DNA of 64,000 nt, from contig CADBIU010000001.1 of NCBI GenBank assembly GCA_902794825.1, forward strand, positions 45,913-109,912, written 5' to 3'. The position numbers and the translations under genes are program-made. The notes under the pieces were generated by a model. That model worked only from the letters and a program-made list of their open reading frames with translations. It did no database searches and was not told the origin of the DNA. Shown here one piece after another: positions 1-8,773 of this stretch; the stretch's first letter is position 1; each line of letters starts with the position of its first letter. Source of the DNA: an uncultured Lachnospiraceae bacterium. GTDB lineage: Bacteria; Bacillota; Clostridia; Lachnospirales; Lachnospiraceae.

Positions 1-1121
1 GTGAACTGCTCAACGAGCTTAGCGCAGATATCTGCAGAACTCATATCTGCGGTAACGCCTGCTGCCTCGCATGCCTGAGCGATCGCGTAGATGCAGTCGT
101 AAGCGTCAGCTGCGAACTGGTTCGGAACCTCTCCGAATTTCTCTTTGTACTTGTTGACAAAGTTTACTGTAAGCTCATCTGTAGCGTCTGCGGAGAAAGG
201 AGTCAGCAGATAGACGCCTTCTGCCAGAGAAGTATCAAAGCCTTCCAGGCCAAGGATTCCGTCCATACCGTCAACGCCGAAGAAAGTGGGCTTGTAACCC
301 ATTCCGTTCGCCTGTGTGAGGATCAGGGATGCGGGATCATAGTAAATGGGCAGGAAAAGGATGTCTGCGCCTGCTTCCTGAGCTTTGCCAAGCTGTACTG
401 TGAAGTCCTGCGCGTTGGAATCATCAAAGGTTCCCTCGTAAACGATGGCGAGGTTCTTGGCGCCTGCCTCAGCTACGAATGTATCGTGAATGCCCTTGGA
501 ATAGTTGTCATCATTCTTGTAGATGATAGCTACCTTGCTGCCCAGATCAGCATGTCCGGAGATATAGTCCGCGCTTGCAGTTCCCTGGTTGGGGTCTGTG
601 AAGCACATCTGGAAAACATTTCCGAAAGCGCCGGAAAGGTTATCGGGATCCGCGAAGATGACGGATGTGGAAGATCCGGAAGGAGTGATCGCGAAGATCT
701 TGTCCTCAGCATAGGAAGGGGAAACTGCTGCGCCGGGAGCGGAAGTAACAGTTGCCAGAGAAGCCTGCATGCCCCAGTCTTTCAGAACGCCGTAAGCAGT
801 GACTGCCTTCTCGGGATCATGCGCGTCGTCCTGCATATTGAGTTCGAACTGAAGTCCGCCTTTGGCGTTGACCTCTTCAACAGCGATCTCAGCCGCATTC
901 TTAACTGCCTGTCCGTAAACAGCTGCAGGGCCTGTCAGGGGGCCGGAGCCGCCGATCTTGATCTTGGCGCCTGTATCCGCGCTCTCGGTAGTCTCGGCTG
1001 CCGCGCCGCTGTCAGCGGGAGCGCTGCTTGAAGCGGAACCGGAGCCGCCGCATGCTGTCAGAGCTGCTGCCATACAAACCGACATAGCAACTGCAAGGCT
1101 GGTCTTAAACATCTTTTTCAT
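1..1121 (-). CDS. Branched-chain amino acid ABC transporter substrate-binding lipoprotein (LivJ/LivK family), 3' end runs off window
   Basis: Not in ORF track; manual translation from ATG at 1121 (GGAGG RBS) gives MKKMFKTSLAVAMSVCMAAALTAC (lipobox), then KIGGSGPLTGPAAVYG...DDAHDPEKA...FAADAYD, typical of LivJ-type binding proteins. Confidence 0.88.
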   Translation of the reverse strand, partial: MKKMFKTSLAVAMSVCMAAALTACGGSGSASSSAPADSGAAAETTESADTGAKIKIGGSGPLTGPAAVYGQAVKNAAEIAVEEVNAKGGLQFELNMQDDAHDPEKAVTAYGVLKDWGMQASLATVTSAPGAAVSPSYAEDKIFAITPSGSSTSVIFADPDNLSGAFGNVFQMCFTDPNQGTASADYISGHADLGSKVAIIYKNDDNYSKGIHDTFVAEAGAKNLAIVYEGTFDDSNAQDFTVQLGKAQEAGADILFLPIYYDPASLILTQANGMGYKPTFFGVDGMDGILGLEGFDTSLAEGVYLLTPFSADATDELTVNFVNKYKEKFGEVPNQFAADAYDCIYAIAQACEAAGVTADMSSADICAKLVEQF

Positions 1122-1276
1122 AGTTACATCCTCCTTAAGTTATTTGGCTTTGAAATCGCCAATGAACACATTATAAAATTTTCATAACTTCATTGCAATA
1201 GCGTTTCAACGTATAATAGCAGAAAATTTGATTCAGCAGTGAAATAATTTCATGTCAAAATATACTCTGCTTGGCG

Positions 1277-1762
1277 TTATGACCTGCTCTTATAGGCCGC
1301 CGCCTGCTTCCTGTAGAATTCCGCGTCAAACTTGTTGTACTCGATCTCTTCGTTCTTTACAGCGCGGATCACTTTCGCCGGACTGCCGAGCGCTACGCTG
1401 TTGTCAGGTATGACTGTCCCGGTCGTGACGAGGGAGCCTGCCCCGATCACGCAGTTCTTTCCGATCACTGCTCCGTTCATAATAGTTGAGTGCATTCCGA
1501 TCAGCGTATTGTCTCCAATAGTGCATCCGTGAAGGAGCGCCAGGTGTCCAACTGTCACGCCGTTTCCCACTATGGTCGAGTATCCCTGCCCGCAGTGGAT
1601 CACGCAGTTGTCCTGGATGTTGGATCCCTCTCCCACTGCGATGCGGTCCTCGTCGCCCCGAAGGACTGCGTTAAACCAGATGCTGCTGTCTTTTCCGACG
1701 GTCACGTCTCCGACTACTCTCGCCCCCTCTGCGATGAACACAGAATCGTCAATATTTTGCAT
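1277..1762 (-). CDS. Gamma carbonic anhydrase family / hexapeptide-repeat protein
   Basis: Hexapeptide repeats, LRGD, NIQDNCVIH, VGHLALLHGC with the Zn-binding His residues. Confidence 0.9.
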   Translation of the reverse strand: MQNIDDSVFIAEGARVVGDVTVGKDSSIWFNAVLRGDEDRIAVGEGSNIQDNCVIHCGQGYSTIVGNGVTVGHLALLHGCTIGDNTLIGMHSTIMNGAVIGKNCVIGAGSLVTTGTVIPDNSVALGSPAKVIRAVKNEEIEYNKFDAEFYRKQAAAYKSRS

Positions 1763-1891
1763 TATAATCCTCCTGTATATGTATCAGATTTGGATGTCTG
1801 TCATTCCATGATATGATATTATAACTAATAGTTATCAATACAGCAAAGTATTGAGTTCCGTTTTTAATGCCAATGGCGGAAAGTGTGAAAT

Positions 1892-3526
1892 ATGTACAAT
1901 TGTCCCAACTGCGCGGGGAATCTGGTCTTTGACATCGAGTCTCAGAAGCTGAAGTGCGAGTACTGCAGCACGCTGCTGGATCCCTACGAATATCAGAAAA
2001 GCCAGGACGCGGAAGAAAGCGACATGTTCGGAGTTACGGTCTACACCTGCCCTCAGTGCGGCGGCGAGATCATGACGACAAACGTTACTGCGGCTGGTTT
2101 CTGCACTTACTGCGGCGCTTCCACGATCCTTGACAGCAGGATGCGCGATGAAAAGCGTCCGGCCCATATCATTCCCTTCACGCGAACTAAAGAGGACTGC
2201 AGGAAATCCTATTCCTCTTTGGTCAGGCGCGCTCTCTTCGCCCCCCGGGAATTCCGGGATCCCGAATTCCTGGACAGATTCCGCGGGATCTATATTCCCT
2301 ATTGGGTCTACAATTATGATTTTAGCGGAGACCTGCACCTTAAAGGCTCCAAGACTTATCGCAGGGGAGACTACAAGATCACGGATCATTACAGTCTGAG
2401 CGGAGAAGTCGACGCCCGCTATCACGGGCTGACTTATGACGCTTCATCTTCCTTCGACGATACTGTCGCAGCTGCCATCGCTCCTTTTGAGGCGGCTAAG
2501 ATGCAGCCGTTTACGCCTTCTATCCTCTGCGGATTCTACGCGGACGCGCCCGATGTCGGAAATGAAGTCTACCGCGAACCGGTCCTGAATTCGATCAGCC
2601 AGGACTCCATAGAGCGTTTATCAGGAGTTCCCGAGTACCGAAGCTCCGGAGCGGATATGCCCTCTGCAGACGAATTTAAGAACCAGCTGCGGGGAAGTTC
2701 CATGAACCTCAGCAGTGAAGAGCCGGTATGCGCCTATCTCCCTGTCTGGTTCCTCACTTACAGAAAGGATGACCGCGTCGCCTACGCGGTGATGAACGGC
2801 AGCACAGGAAAGATCACGGCGGACCTGCCTGTCGATAAGAAAAAATATATTCTGGGCAGTATTCTCCTGGCGGTGCCGATCTTCGCGGTCCTCGCTTTTC
2901 TCATTACAATGACAGGCCAGATGGTCCTTACTGCTTCTTCGGTATTGGCTCTCGTAAGTCTTGTCATATACGGTCTGGAACTGTCCGCGATCTCCGACAA
3001 GGACAGTCATGCAGACGACAAGGGCTTTGCAGCCGCCGGAAGGTCGGCCGGCAGTTCCGGTTCGCCGGATGCCGGTGATAAAAAAACTGAAAAAGGCGTT
3101 TTGGCAGCGATCAGAAAATACGGCAAATACGCTCTCCTCTTTCTTGTCGTGCTTCTCGTCTTTCCAAGGCTCGGCCTTGATTATCTTACGGGCAGCGGCA
3201 ATCTCACCGGCTTCAAGATCTACGGCGCGGTATCTGTTATCCTTCTTTTAGGAGCCCTGGTCTTTATCTGGGCGCTGGCAGATTCGGAAACTGCCAAGAA
3301 GAACATGGTCCTCCAGATCGCAGGCTCTGTGATCGCAGTGGGCGCCTCTGCCGCGATCCTCGTGTGGAACCCTGTAAGCGATCTGTGGTTCTACGGCGGC
3401 TCGATCCTTGCCGCGGCAGGCGTCTGCCTGTCCTTTTTGGGAATTATCAGCAAATATAATATTCTGGCCACCAGGCCGCTTCCCACTTTCTATGACAGGA
3501 AAGGAGGTAATGACCGTGCGAAATAA
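1892..3526 (+). CDS. Double zinc-ribbon membrane protein
   Basis: CPNC/CEYC and CPQC/CTYC pairs, IPF, YIPYW, YLPVW, MNGSTGK motifs and several C-terminal TM helices. Confidence 0.75.
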   Translation: MYNCPNCAGNLVFDIESQKLKCEYCSTLLDPYEYQKSQDAEESDMFGVTVYTCPQCGGEIMTTNVTAAGFCTYCGASTILDSRMRDEKRPAHIIPFTRTKEDCRKSYSSLVRRALFAPREFRDPEFLDRFRGIYIPYWVYNYDFSGDLHLKGSKTYRRGDYKITDHYSLSGEVDARYHGLTYDASSSFDDTVAAAIAPFEAAKMQPFTPSILCGFYADAPDVGNEVYREPVLNSISQDSIERLSGVPEYRSSGADMPSADEFKNQLRGSSMNLSSEEPVCAYLPVWFLTYRKDDRVAYAVMNGSTGKITADLPVDKKKYILGSILLAVPIFAVLAFLITMTGQMVLTASSVLALVSLVIYGLELSAISDKDSHADDKGFAAAGRSAGSSGSPDAGDKKTEKGVLAAIRKYGKYALLFLVVLLVFPRLGLDYLTGSGNLTGFKIYGAVSVILLLGALVFIWALADSETAKKNMVLQIAGSVIAVGASAAILVWNPVSDLWFYGGSILAAAGVCLSFLGIISKYNILATRPLPTFYDRKGGNDRAK

Positions 3527-4307
3527 GAGATTTTGCGGTATTGTGCCGGGTATTATGCTGTGCGCGATACTTCTTTCCCTGTTCGCGCTTCCGGCGCATG
3601 CAGATGAATTCGGATTTGAGTATACCAATCCTGACACAGGCTATGTGGTCTATATCGCCGACGAGGAGGATCTTCTCACGGATTCTGAAGAAGCACAGCT
3701 GATCGAGGTCATGAAACCTGTCACGGAATATGGAAACGCGGGATTTGTATCCTGTGAGAATAACAGCGTCTCCACGAAACAGTTTGCCGAACAGAGATAC
3801 TCTTCCGTTTTCGGCTCGGAGAGCGGCACGCTCCTTCTCATTGATATGGGAATGCGTGAATTCTATATCCGCAACAACGGCGCGGTCAGTAAGATCATCA
3901 CTACCGCCTATTCCAACACGATCTCGGACAATATCTACAAGTATGCTTCGGACAGATACTACTACAAGTTCGCGGCGACCTGCTTCCTGCAGGAACTGGA
4001 GCTGCTGCGCGGCGGAAAGATCGCACAGCCGATGCGGTATATTAGCGCTGCCCTGCTCGCGCTCATTCTGGGGCTTTTACTCAACTACCTGATCCTGAGG
4101 GCGGTCACCGTTCCCAGGACTGCCGGAAACCATGAGATCATCGACGCGGCTCAGGTCGACTTTATTCTCAGGAACCCGTCTTCGAGGCACACAAATACCA
4201 CCAAGGTCTACAGTCCTGTCCGCTCATCCGGCGGAGGAGGCGGCGGCAGAAGCGGCGGAGGAGGATTCTCCGGAGGAGGCGGAAGCGGCGGAGGACATCG
4301 CTTCTGA
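3516..4307 (+). CDS. TPM-domain membrane protein with Gly-rich C-terminal tail
   Basis: AAGGAGG RBS 8 nt before GTG 3516 (ATG 3510 is an alternative); signal peptide, DEEDLLTDSEE, GTLLLIDMGMRE, one TM, tail SSGGGGGG...GGGHRF. Confidence 0.8.
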   Translation: MRNKRFCGIVPGIMLCAILLSLFALPAHADEFGFEYTNPDTGYVVYIADEEDLLTDSEEAQLIEVMKPVTEYGNAGFVSCENNSVSTKQFAEQRYSSVFGSESGTLLLIDMGMREFYIRNNGAVSKIITTAYSNTISDNIYKYASDRYYYKFAATCFLQELELLRGGKIAQPMRYISAALLALILGLLLNYLILRAVTVPRTAGNHEIIDAAQVDFILRNPSSRHTNTTKVYSPVRSSGGGGGGRSGGGGFSGGGGSGGGHRF

Positions 4308-4330
4308 TCCGCATAAAAACAGAGGCATAC

Positions 4331-4375
4331 AAAAAAGAACCGGTTTTCTCTCTTTTGAAAATCCGGTTCTTTTTT
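4331..4375. terminator. Bidirectional intrinsic terminator between the convergent TPM gene and radA
   Basis: AAAAAAGAACCGG-N-CCGGTTCTTTTTT inverted repeat with A and T tails. Confidence 0.85.
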
Positions 4376-4406
4376 AGCAATTCTTTATAACTGCCGGCGG
4401 TATCAG

Positions 4407-5828
4407 CTAGCATCCGCTAAGATAATCCGACAGTTGTCCGATGCCACGTATGGGGATCAGTTTCATTCCGTCCGGCACTTTTTTGATGCCCGAAGCGCTG
4501 GACGCTGGAAGAATACAGCTGTGAAAGCCCAGTTTGGCGGCTTCAAGCACTCTGTTTTCAGCCATGGAGACCGAACGCACTTCTCCCGACAGTCCCACTT
4601 CTCCGAATACGATCAGATCATCCGGAACCGCTATGTTCCTGAATCCGGAGAGGATCGCAAGAACAATTCCAAGATCGAGAGCGGGTTCTGTCTGCCTGAT
4701 GCCTCCTGCGAGATTGATATAAGCGTCATATCGTGAAAGCGGGATGTTCAGTCTCTTCTCCAGAACTGCCATGAGAAGGCTCACACGGTTTGAGTCGGTA
4801 CCTGTTGACTGTCTTCTCGGATATCCGAAATTAGTCTCAACAATAAGCGCCTGCACCTCTGTGAGGACCGGTCTTGTCCCTTCCATCGAGCAGGTCACCA
4901 CGGAGCCGCTTGCTCCAAGAGGCCTGCCGCTGAGCATGTATTCAGAGGGATTGAGCACTTCGACAAGTCCCTCAGTTCTCATCTCAAAGATGCCGATCTC
5001 ATTAGTTGATCCGAATCGGTTCTTTACGCCCCGCAGGATTCGGTAAGAAGCGTATCTGTCCCCTTCAAAATACAGTACCGTGTCCACCATATGCTCAAGG
5101 ACCCTGGGGCCTGCCACAGTTCCTTCTTTTGTCACATGTCCGACGATGAAGAAAGTTATCCCCATCTCCTTTGCAAGTCTTAAAAGAACTGCTGTCGTCT
5201 CGCGCACCTGGGATACGCTTCCCGGCGCAGAGGCCACGTCGTCGCTATACATAGTCTGGATGGAATCGATCACAACAGCCTGCGGCTTGTCCCTCATGAC
5301 GATGTCTGCAATGACAGCAAGATTGGTCTCGCAGAGAAACTTAAGTGCTTCAGGCGCGCCTCCGATCCTGGAAGCTCTGAGCTTGATCTGCCGCAGAGAC
5401 TCCTCGCCGGAAATATAGAGGACTTTGATCCCTGATTTAGCCATGTGACAAGATGTCTGAAGGAGTATAGTGGATTTACCGATTCCCGGATCTCCGCCGA
5501 CAAGAACGAGGGATCCCGCCACGGCGCCTCCTCCGAGAACTCTGTCCAGTTCGCCCATTCCTGTGGAAAAGCGAGTCTCTTCGGTATCCTTTATCGCAGA
5601 AAGGGAGACCGGAACAGTACTTCTGTTGTTTCCGCCCAGGGAAAACCCCGAAGCGCCGGAAGAAAGCCCTCTCTGAGCTCCTGCGGCGGACTTGGAGGGA
5701 CTTATCCTGACCGGCTCTTCCACCATTGTATTCCAGGCTTTGCATGCGGGACACTGTCCCGTCCACTTGGCCGCCTCATAGCCGCATTCCTGGCAAAAGA
5801 ACGCGGTCTTTTTCTTAATCCCTGCCAT
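4407..5828 (-). CDS. radA: DNA repair protein RadA/Sms
   Basis: CQECG...CPAC Zn finger, GGDPGIGKST, KNRFG motif, Lon-like C-terminus. Confidence 0.97.
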   Translation of the reverse strand: MAGIKKKTAFFCQECGYEAAKWTGQCPACKAWNTMVEEPVRISPSKSAAGAQRGLSSGASGFSLGGNNRSTVPVSLSAIKDTEETRFSTGMGELDRVLGGGAVAGSLVLVGGDPGIGKSTILLQTSCHMAKSGIKVLYISGEESLRQIKLRASRIGGAPEALKFLCETNLAVIADIVMRDKPQAVVIDSIQTMYSDDVASAPGSVSQVRETTAVLLRLAKEMGITFFIVGHVTKEGTVAGPRVLEHMVDTVLYFEGDRYASYRILRGVKNRFGSTNEIGIFEMRTEGLVEVLNPSEYMLSGRPLGASGSVVTCSMEGTRPVLTEVQALIVETNFGYPRRQSTGTDSNRVSLLMAVLEKRLNIPLSRYDAYINLAGGIRQTEPALDLGIVLAILSGFRNIAVPDDLIVFGEVGLSGEVRSVSMAENRVLEAAKLGFHSCILPASSASGIKKVPDGMKLIPIRGIGQLSDYLSGC

Positions 5829-8268
5829 CGAATACTACATTTCCTCCTCTGAATCCGGCTGTAACGGTCTGTCCGGGCAGGATCTCCTCCGCCAGGAGTT
5901 TTTCCGAAAGAGCGTCTTCGATCACTTTCTGGATAGCCCTCTTGAGAGGCCTTGCTCCCATTTTGGGATCTGAGTATTCCGCCACAATGTGCTTTCTGAG
6001 CGCGGGCGTCACCTTGAGCTTAATGCCAAGCTGTTTGTCCGCACGGCGGATCAGGTCCTCGCAGAGCAGCGAACAGATCCTGTTCATTTCATCCTCGCTC
6101 AGAGAATGGAAAACGAGGATCTCGTCTATACGGTTGATGAATTCCGGACGGAACATCTTTTTGACTTCTTCCATAACTCCGGTCCGCATCTTTTCGTAAG
6201 ACTGCTCTGCAGTGGGTTTGTCAGCAAAACCAAGGGTCTTGGGCTCTATGATCCTCTGGGCGCCGACATTGGACGTCATAATGATCACAGTGTTCTTGAA
6301 ATTGACTTTATGCCCCTTGGAATCTGTTATATGGCCTTCATCCAGAATCTGCAGCAGAACATTGAACACGTCTCTATGGGCTTTTTCGATCTCGTCAAAG
6401 AGGATCACGCTGTAAGGGTGCCTTCTGACCTTTTCAGAGAGCTGGCCGCCTTCTTCGTATCCCACATAACCCGGTGCTGAACCGATGATCTTGGAGACCG
6501 CATACTGCTCCATATACTCGGACATATCGACGCGGATCATATCCTGGTCTGAGCCGAACATGACTTCCGCCAGCGCTTTGGAAAGTTCTGTCTTTCCTAC
6601 GCCGGTTGGTCCGAGGAACAAAAATGACCCGATCGGTCTGTTCGGATCCTGAAGTCCTACCCGGCCTCTGCGGATGGCCTTGGCTACTGCGTGAACCGCA
6701 TCTTCCTGTCCTATGACCCTCTTGTGCAGTTCATCTTCCAGGCGCAAAAGTCTTGCGCTCTCCTTTTCAGTGAGTCTGCTTACAGGAACTTTGGACCACA
6801 TGGAAACTACTGCCGCGATGTCCTCTTCGGTAACTTCCGGGAGTCTTGAAGACTGTTTCTTTTCCTGCCTTCTTCTGGCGGCCTGCAGTTTTTTGACAAG
6901 TTCTTCCTGACGTGCCCGAAGCGCCTTCGCGTCATCGATCCTTCCCTCGGAGAGAGCTATCGCCATAAGCTTGTCGGATGCGGCGATCTCGTCCTGGATC
7001 ATTTTGTAGACGTTTTCCTGATGTTTGCCGGTACTCCTGAGCCTGACTGCCGCACAGGCTTCGTCGATCACATCGATCGCTTTGTCTGGCAGGTTTCTGT
7101 CATTGATATAGCGCTCCGAGAGATCTACAGCAGCCTTGAGCGCTTCCTCTGTGACAGAGACATTGTGATGCTTTTCATAAGCGCCGACGACGCCCCTGAG
7201 GATCTCCTCGGCCTCGTCCTTTGTGGGTTCTTCCACCTGTACAGGCTGGAATCTTCTCTCAAGAGCCGCGTCCTTCTCCACATATTTGTGGTATTCATTG
7301 AGAGTTGTGGCTCCGATCAGCTGGATCTCTCCTCTGGCAAGCGAGGGCTTTAAGATGTTGGATGCGTCTATAGCGCCCTCTGCTCCGCCTGCACCGATCA
7401 GAGTGTGCATCTCGTCCACAAAGAGTATGACATTGCCGTCCGCGATAACTTCAGCGATCACACGTTTGATCCTCTCCTCGAATTCTCCGCGGTATTTGGA
7501 ACCGGCTACCATTCCGGAGAGATCAAGAGTGAGAAGCCTCTTGTTTTTGACAGTATCGGGAACATCGCCGGCAACGATCCTGCTGGCGAGCCCCTCGACT
7601 ATGGCAGTCTTTCCAACGCCAGGCTCTCCTACAAGGCACGGATTGTTCTTGGTCCTCCGGCTCAGGATCTGGATCACTCTGCTGATCTCGTTCTCTCTGC
7701 CTATTACCGGATCAAGTTTCCCCTGTCTTGCGAGCTTTGTGAGATCTCTGCTGTACTGGGGGAGGATCTTCTGGTTTGCTGCGTCAGGGGAGGGACCGAC
7801 GCTCGCAAGATCGTCTTTGTGGGCCGCAGGATCCTCTCCGATGGCTGCCAGCGTCTCAAAATACAGCTTCGGCGGACTGATTCCGAGCGTCTCGATCAGT
7901 TTGAGGGCGATATTCTCTCCCTCTGTGATGATCGCCAGCAGCAGATGCTCTGTTCCTACCTGCTCAGAGTTATACTGCTCCGCCAGATTGCCGGCAATGC
8001 GCATGATCTTCTGACAGCGCGGCGAAAAGCCCTCGTGATCAAGAAGCGCAAGATTGGCTGATCTGATATTTAACTGGGCGATCATATCGTTTAGACGCTC
8101 CAGTGTACAGTTGTTGTCGCGCAGGACCTTTGAGGCGACGCCGTCCGGCTCCGCGATCAGACCCAGCAGAAGGTGCTCAGTGCCTGTGTAGTTCTGTTTG
8201 TTATGTCTTGACGCGCTTTTCGCGAGGCGGATCGCCTCCTGCGCATTTTTCGTATAATTTTCTTTCAT
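5815..8268 (-). CDS. clpC: ATP-dependent Clp protease ATP-binding subunit ClpC
   Basis: Two Clp-N repeats (GTEHLLL), Walker A GEPGVGKT and GPTGVGKT, DAALERRFQP, GARPLKR. Confidence 0.95.
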   Translation of the reverse strand: MKENYTKNAQEAIRLAKSASRHNKQNYTGTEHLLLGLIAEPDGVASKVLRDNNCTLERLNDMIAQLNIRSANLALLDHEGFSPRCQKIMRIAGNLAEQYNSEQVGTEHLLLAIITEGENIALKLIETLGISPPKLYFETLAAIGEDPAAHKDDLASVGPSPDAANQKILPQYSRDLTKLARQGKLDPVIGRENEISRVIQILSRRTKNNPCLVGEPGVGKTAIVEGLASRIVAGDVPDTVKNKRLLTLDLSGMVAGSKYRGEFEERIKRVIAEVIADGNVILFVDEMHTLIGAGGAEGAIDASNILKPSLARGEIQLIGATTLNEYHKYVEKDAALERRFQPVQVEEPTKDEAEEILRGVVGAYEKHHNVSVTEEALKAAVDLSERYINDRNLPDKAIDVIDEACAAVRLRSTGKHQENVYKMIQDEIAASDKLMAIALSEGRIDDAKALRARQEELVKKLQAARRRQEKKQSSRLPEVTEEDIAAVVSMWSKVPVSRLTEKESARLLRLEDELHKRVIGQEDAVHAVAKAIRRGRVGLQDPNRPIGSFLFLGPTGVGKTELSKALAEVMFGSDQDMIRVDMSEYMEQYAVSKIIGSAPGYVGYEEGGQLSEKVRRHPYSVILFDEIEKAHRDVFNVLLQILDEGHITDSKGHKVNFKNTVIIMTSNVGAQRIIEPKTLGFADKPTAEQSYEKMRTGVMEEVKKMFRPEFINRIDEILVFHSLSEDEMNRICSLLCEDLIRRADKQLGIKLKVTPALRKHIVAEYSDPKMGARPLKRAIQKVIEDALSEKLLAEEILPGQTVTAGFRGGNVVFDGRD

Positions 8269-8660
8269 TTATCGTCAGTCCTTATTACGCCGTCGTATTC
8301 GTCATAGATCCTGTCAACCAGCGCCAGCATATCCTGCTTGCTCAGTCCGCGGCATCTCGCCTCCGCGAGGATCACTCTCATATCTTTTTCCAAAAGACGG
8401 ATCGCCCTCTCCCGGTTTCTGTCACTGACGGACACAAAGGCTCCCCGCCTTCTGTCAACTTTGACAAAGCCTTCCTGCCTCAGGATCGTATACGCTTTAT
8501 TGACCGTATGCATATTGATCCCGATCTCGTCCGCCATCTGTCTGACAGAGGGCAGCACCTCGCCGTCCGACAGTCTTGATGTGGCAATGCCCAATATGAT
8601 CTGATTGCATAACTGCTGATAAATAGCCTCATCGCTGCTGAAATCAATTTCGATCAGCAT
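8265..8660 (-). CDS. GntR family (YtrA-like) transcriptional regulator
   Basis: AIYQQL...LPSVRQMA...NMHTVNKAY wHTH with a short C-terminus; ATG 8660 after GGAAGGTG; stop overlaps the clpC start. Confidence 0.9.
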   Translation of the reverse strand: MLIEIDFSSDEAIYQQLCNQIILGIATSRLSDGEVLPSVRQMADEIGINMHTVNKAYTILRQEGFVKVDRRRGAFVSVSDRNRERAIRLLEKDMRVILAEARCRGLSKQDMLALVDRIYDEYDGVIRTDDK

Positions 8661-8693
8661 AATATCACCTTCCTTTTTGTAAGAAAAGCCAAA

Positions 8694-8739
8694 ATCCACC
8701 TGTTATACTAATGTTATAACAGGTGGATCTGTATGTCAA
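8694..8739 (-). promoter_or_regulatory. Sigma-A promoter overlapped by a 14-bp perfect inverted repeat (probable GntR operator)
   Basis: Minus strand TTGACA(8739-8734)-17 nt-TAACAT(8716-8711); ATCCACCTGTTATA-N7-TATAACAGGTGGAT at 8694-8728. Confidence 0.75.
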
Positions 8740-8773
8740 GTTCGGCTGTTATCCGGCCCCGCCGGCGTCATGA

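Noticed and set aside
486-1031. 181-aa plus-strand ORF and many similar antisense ORFs (e.g. 7223..8014, 9059..9601, 21035..21913, 47770..48708)
   Set aside because: Shadow frames opposite well-supported genes, with no RBS or motif support
4228-4296. GGC/GGA repeat tract
   Set aside because: Simply encodes the Gly-rich tail of the TPM protein
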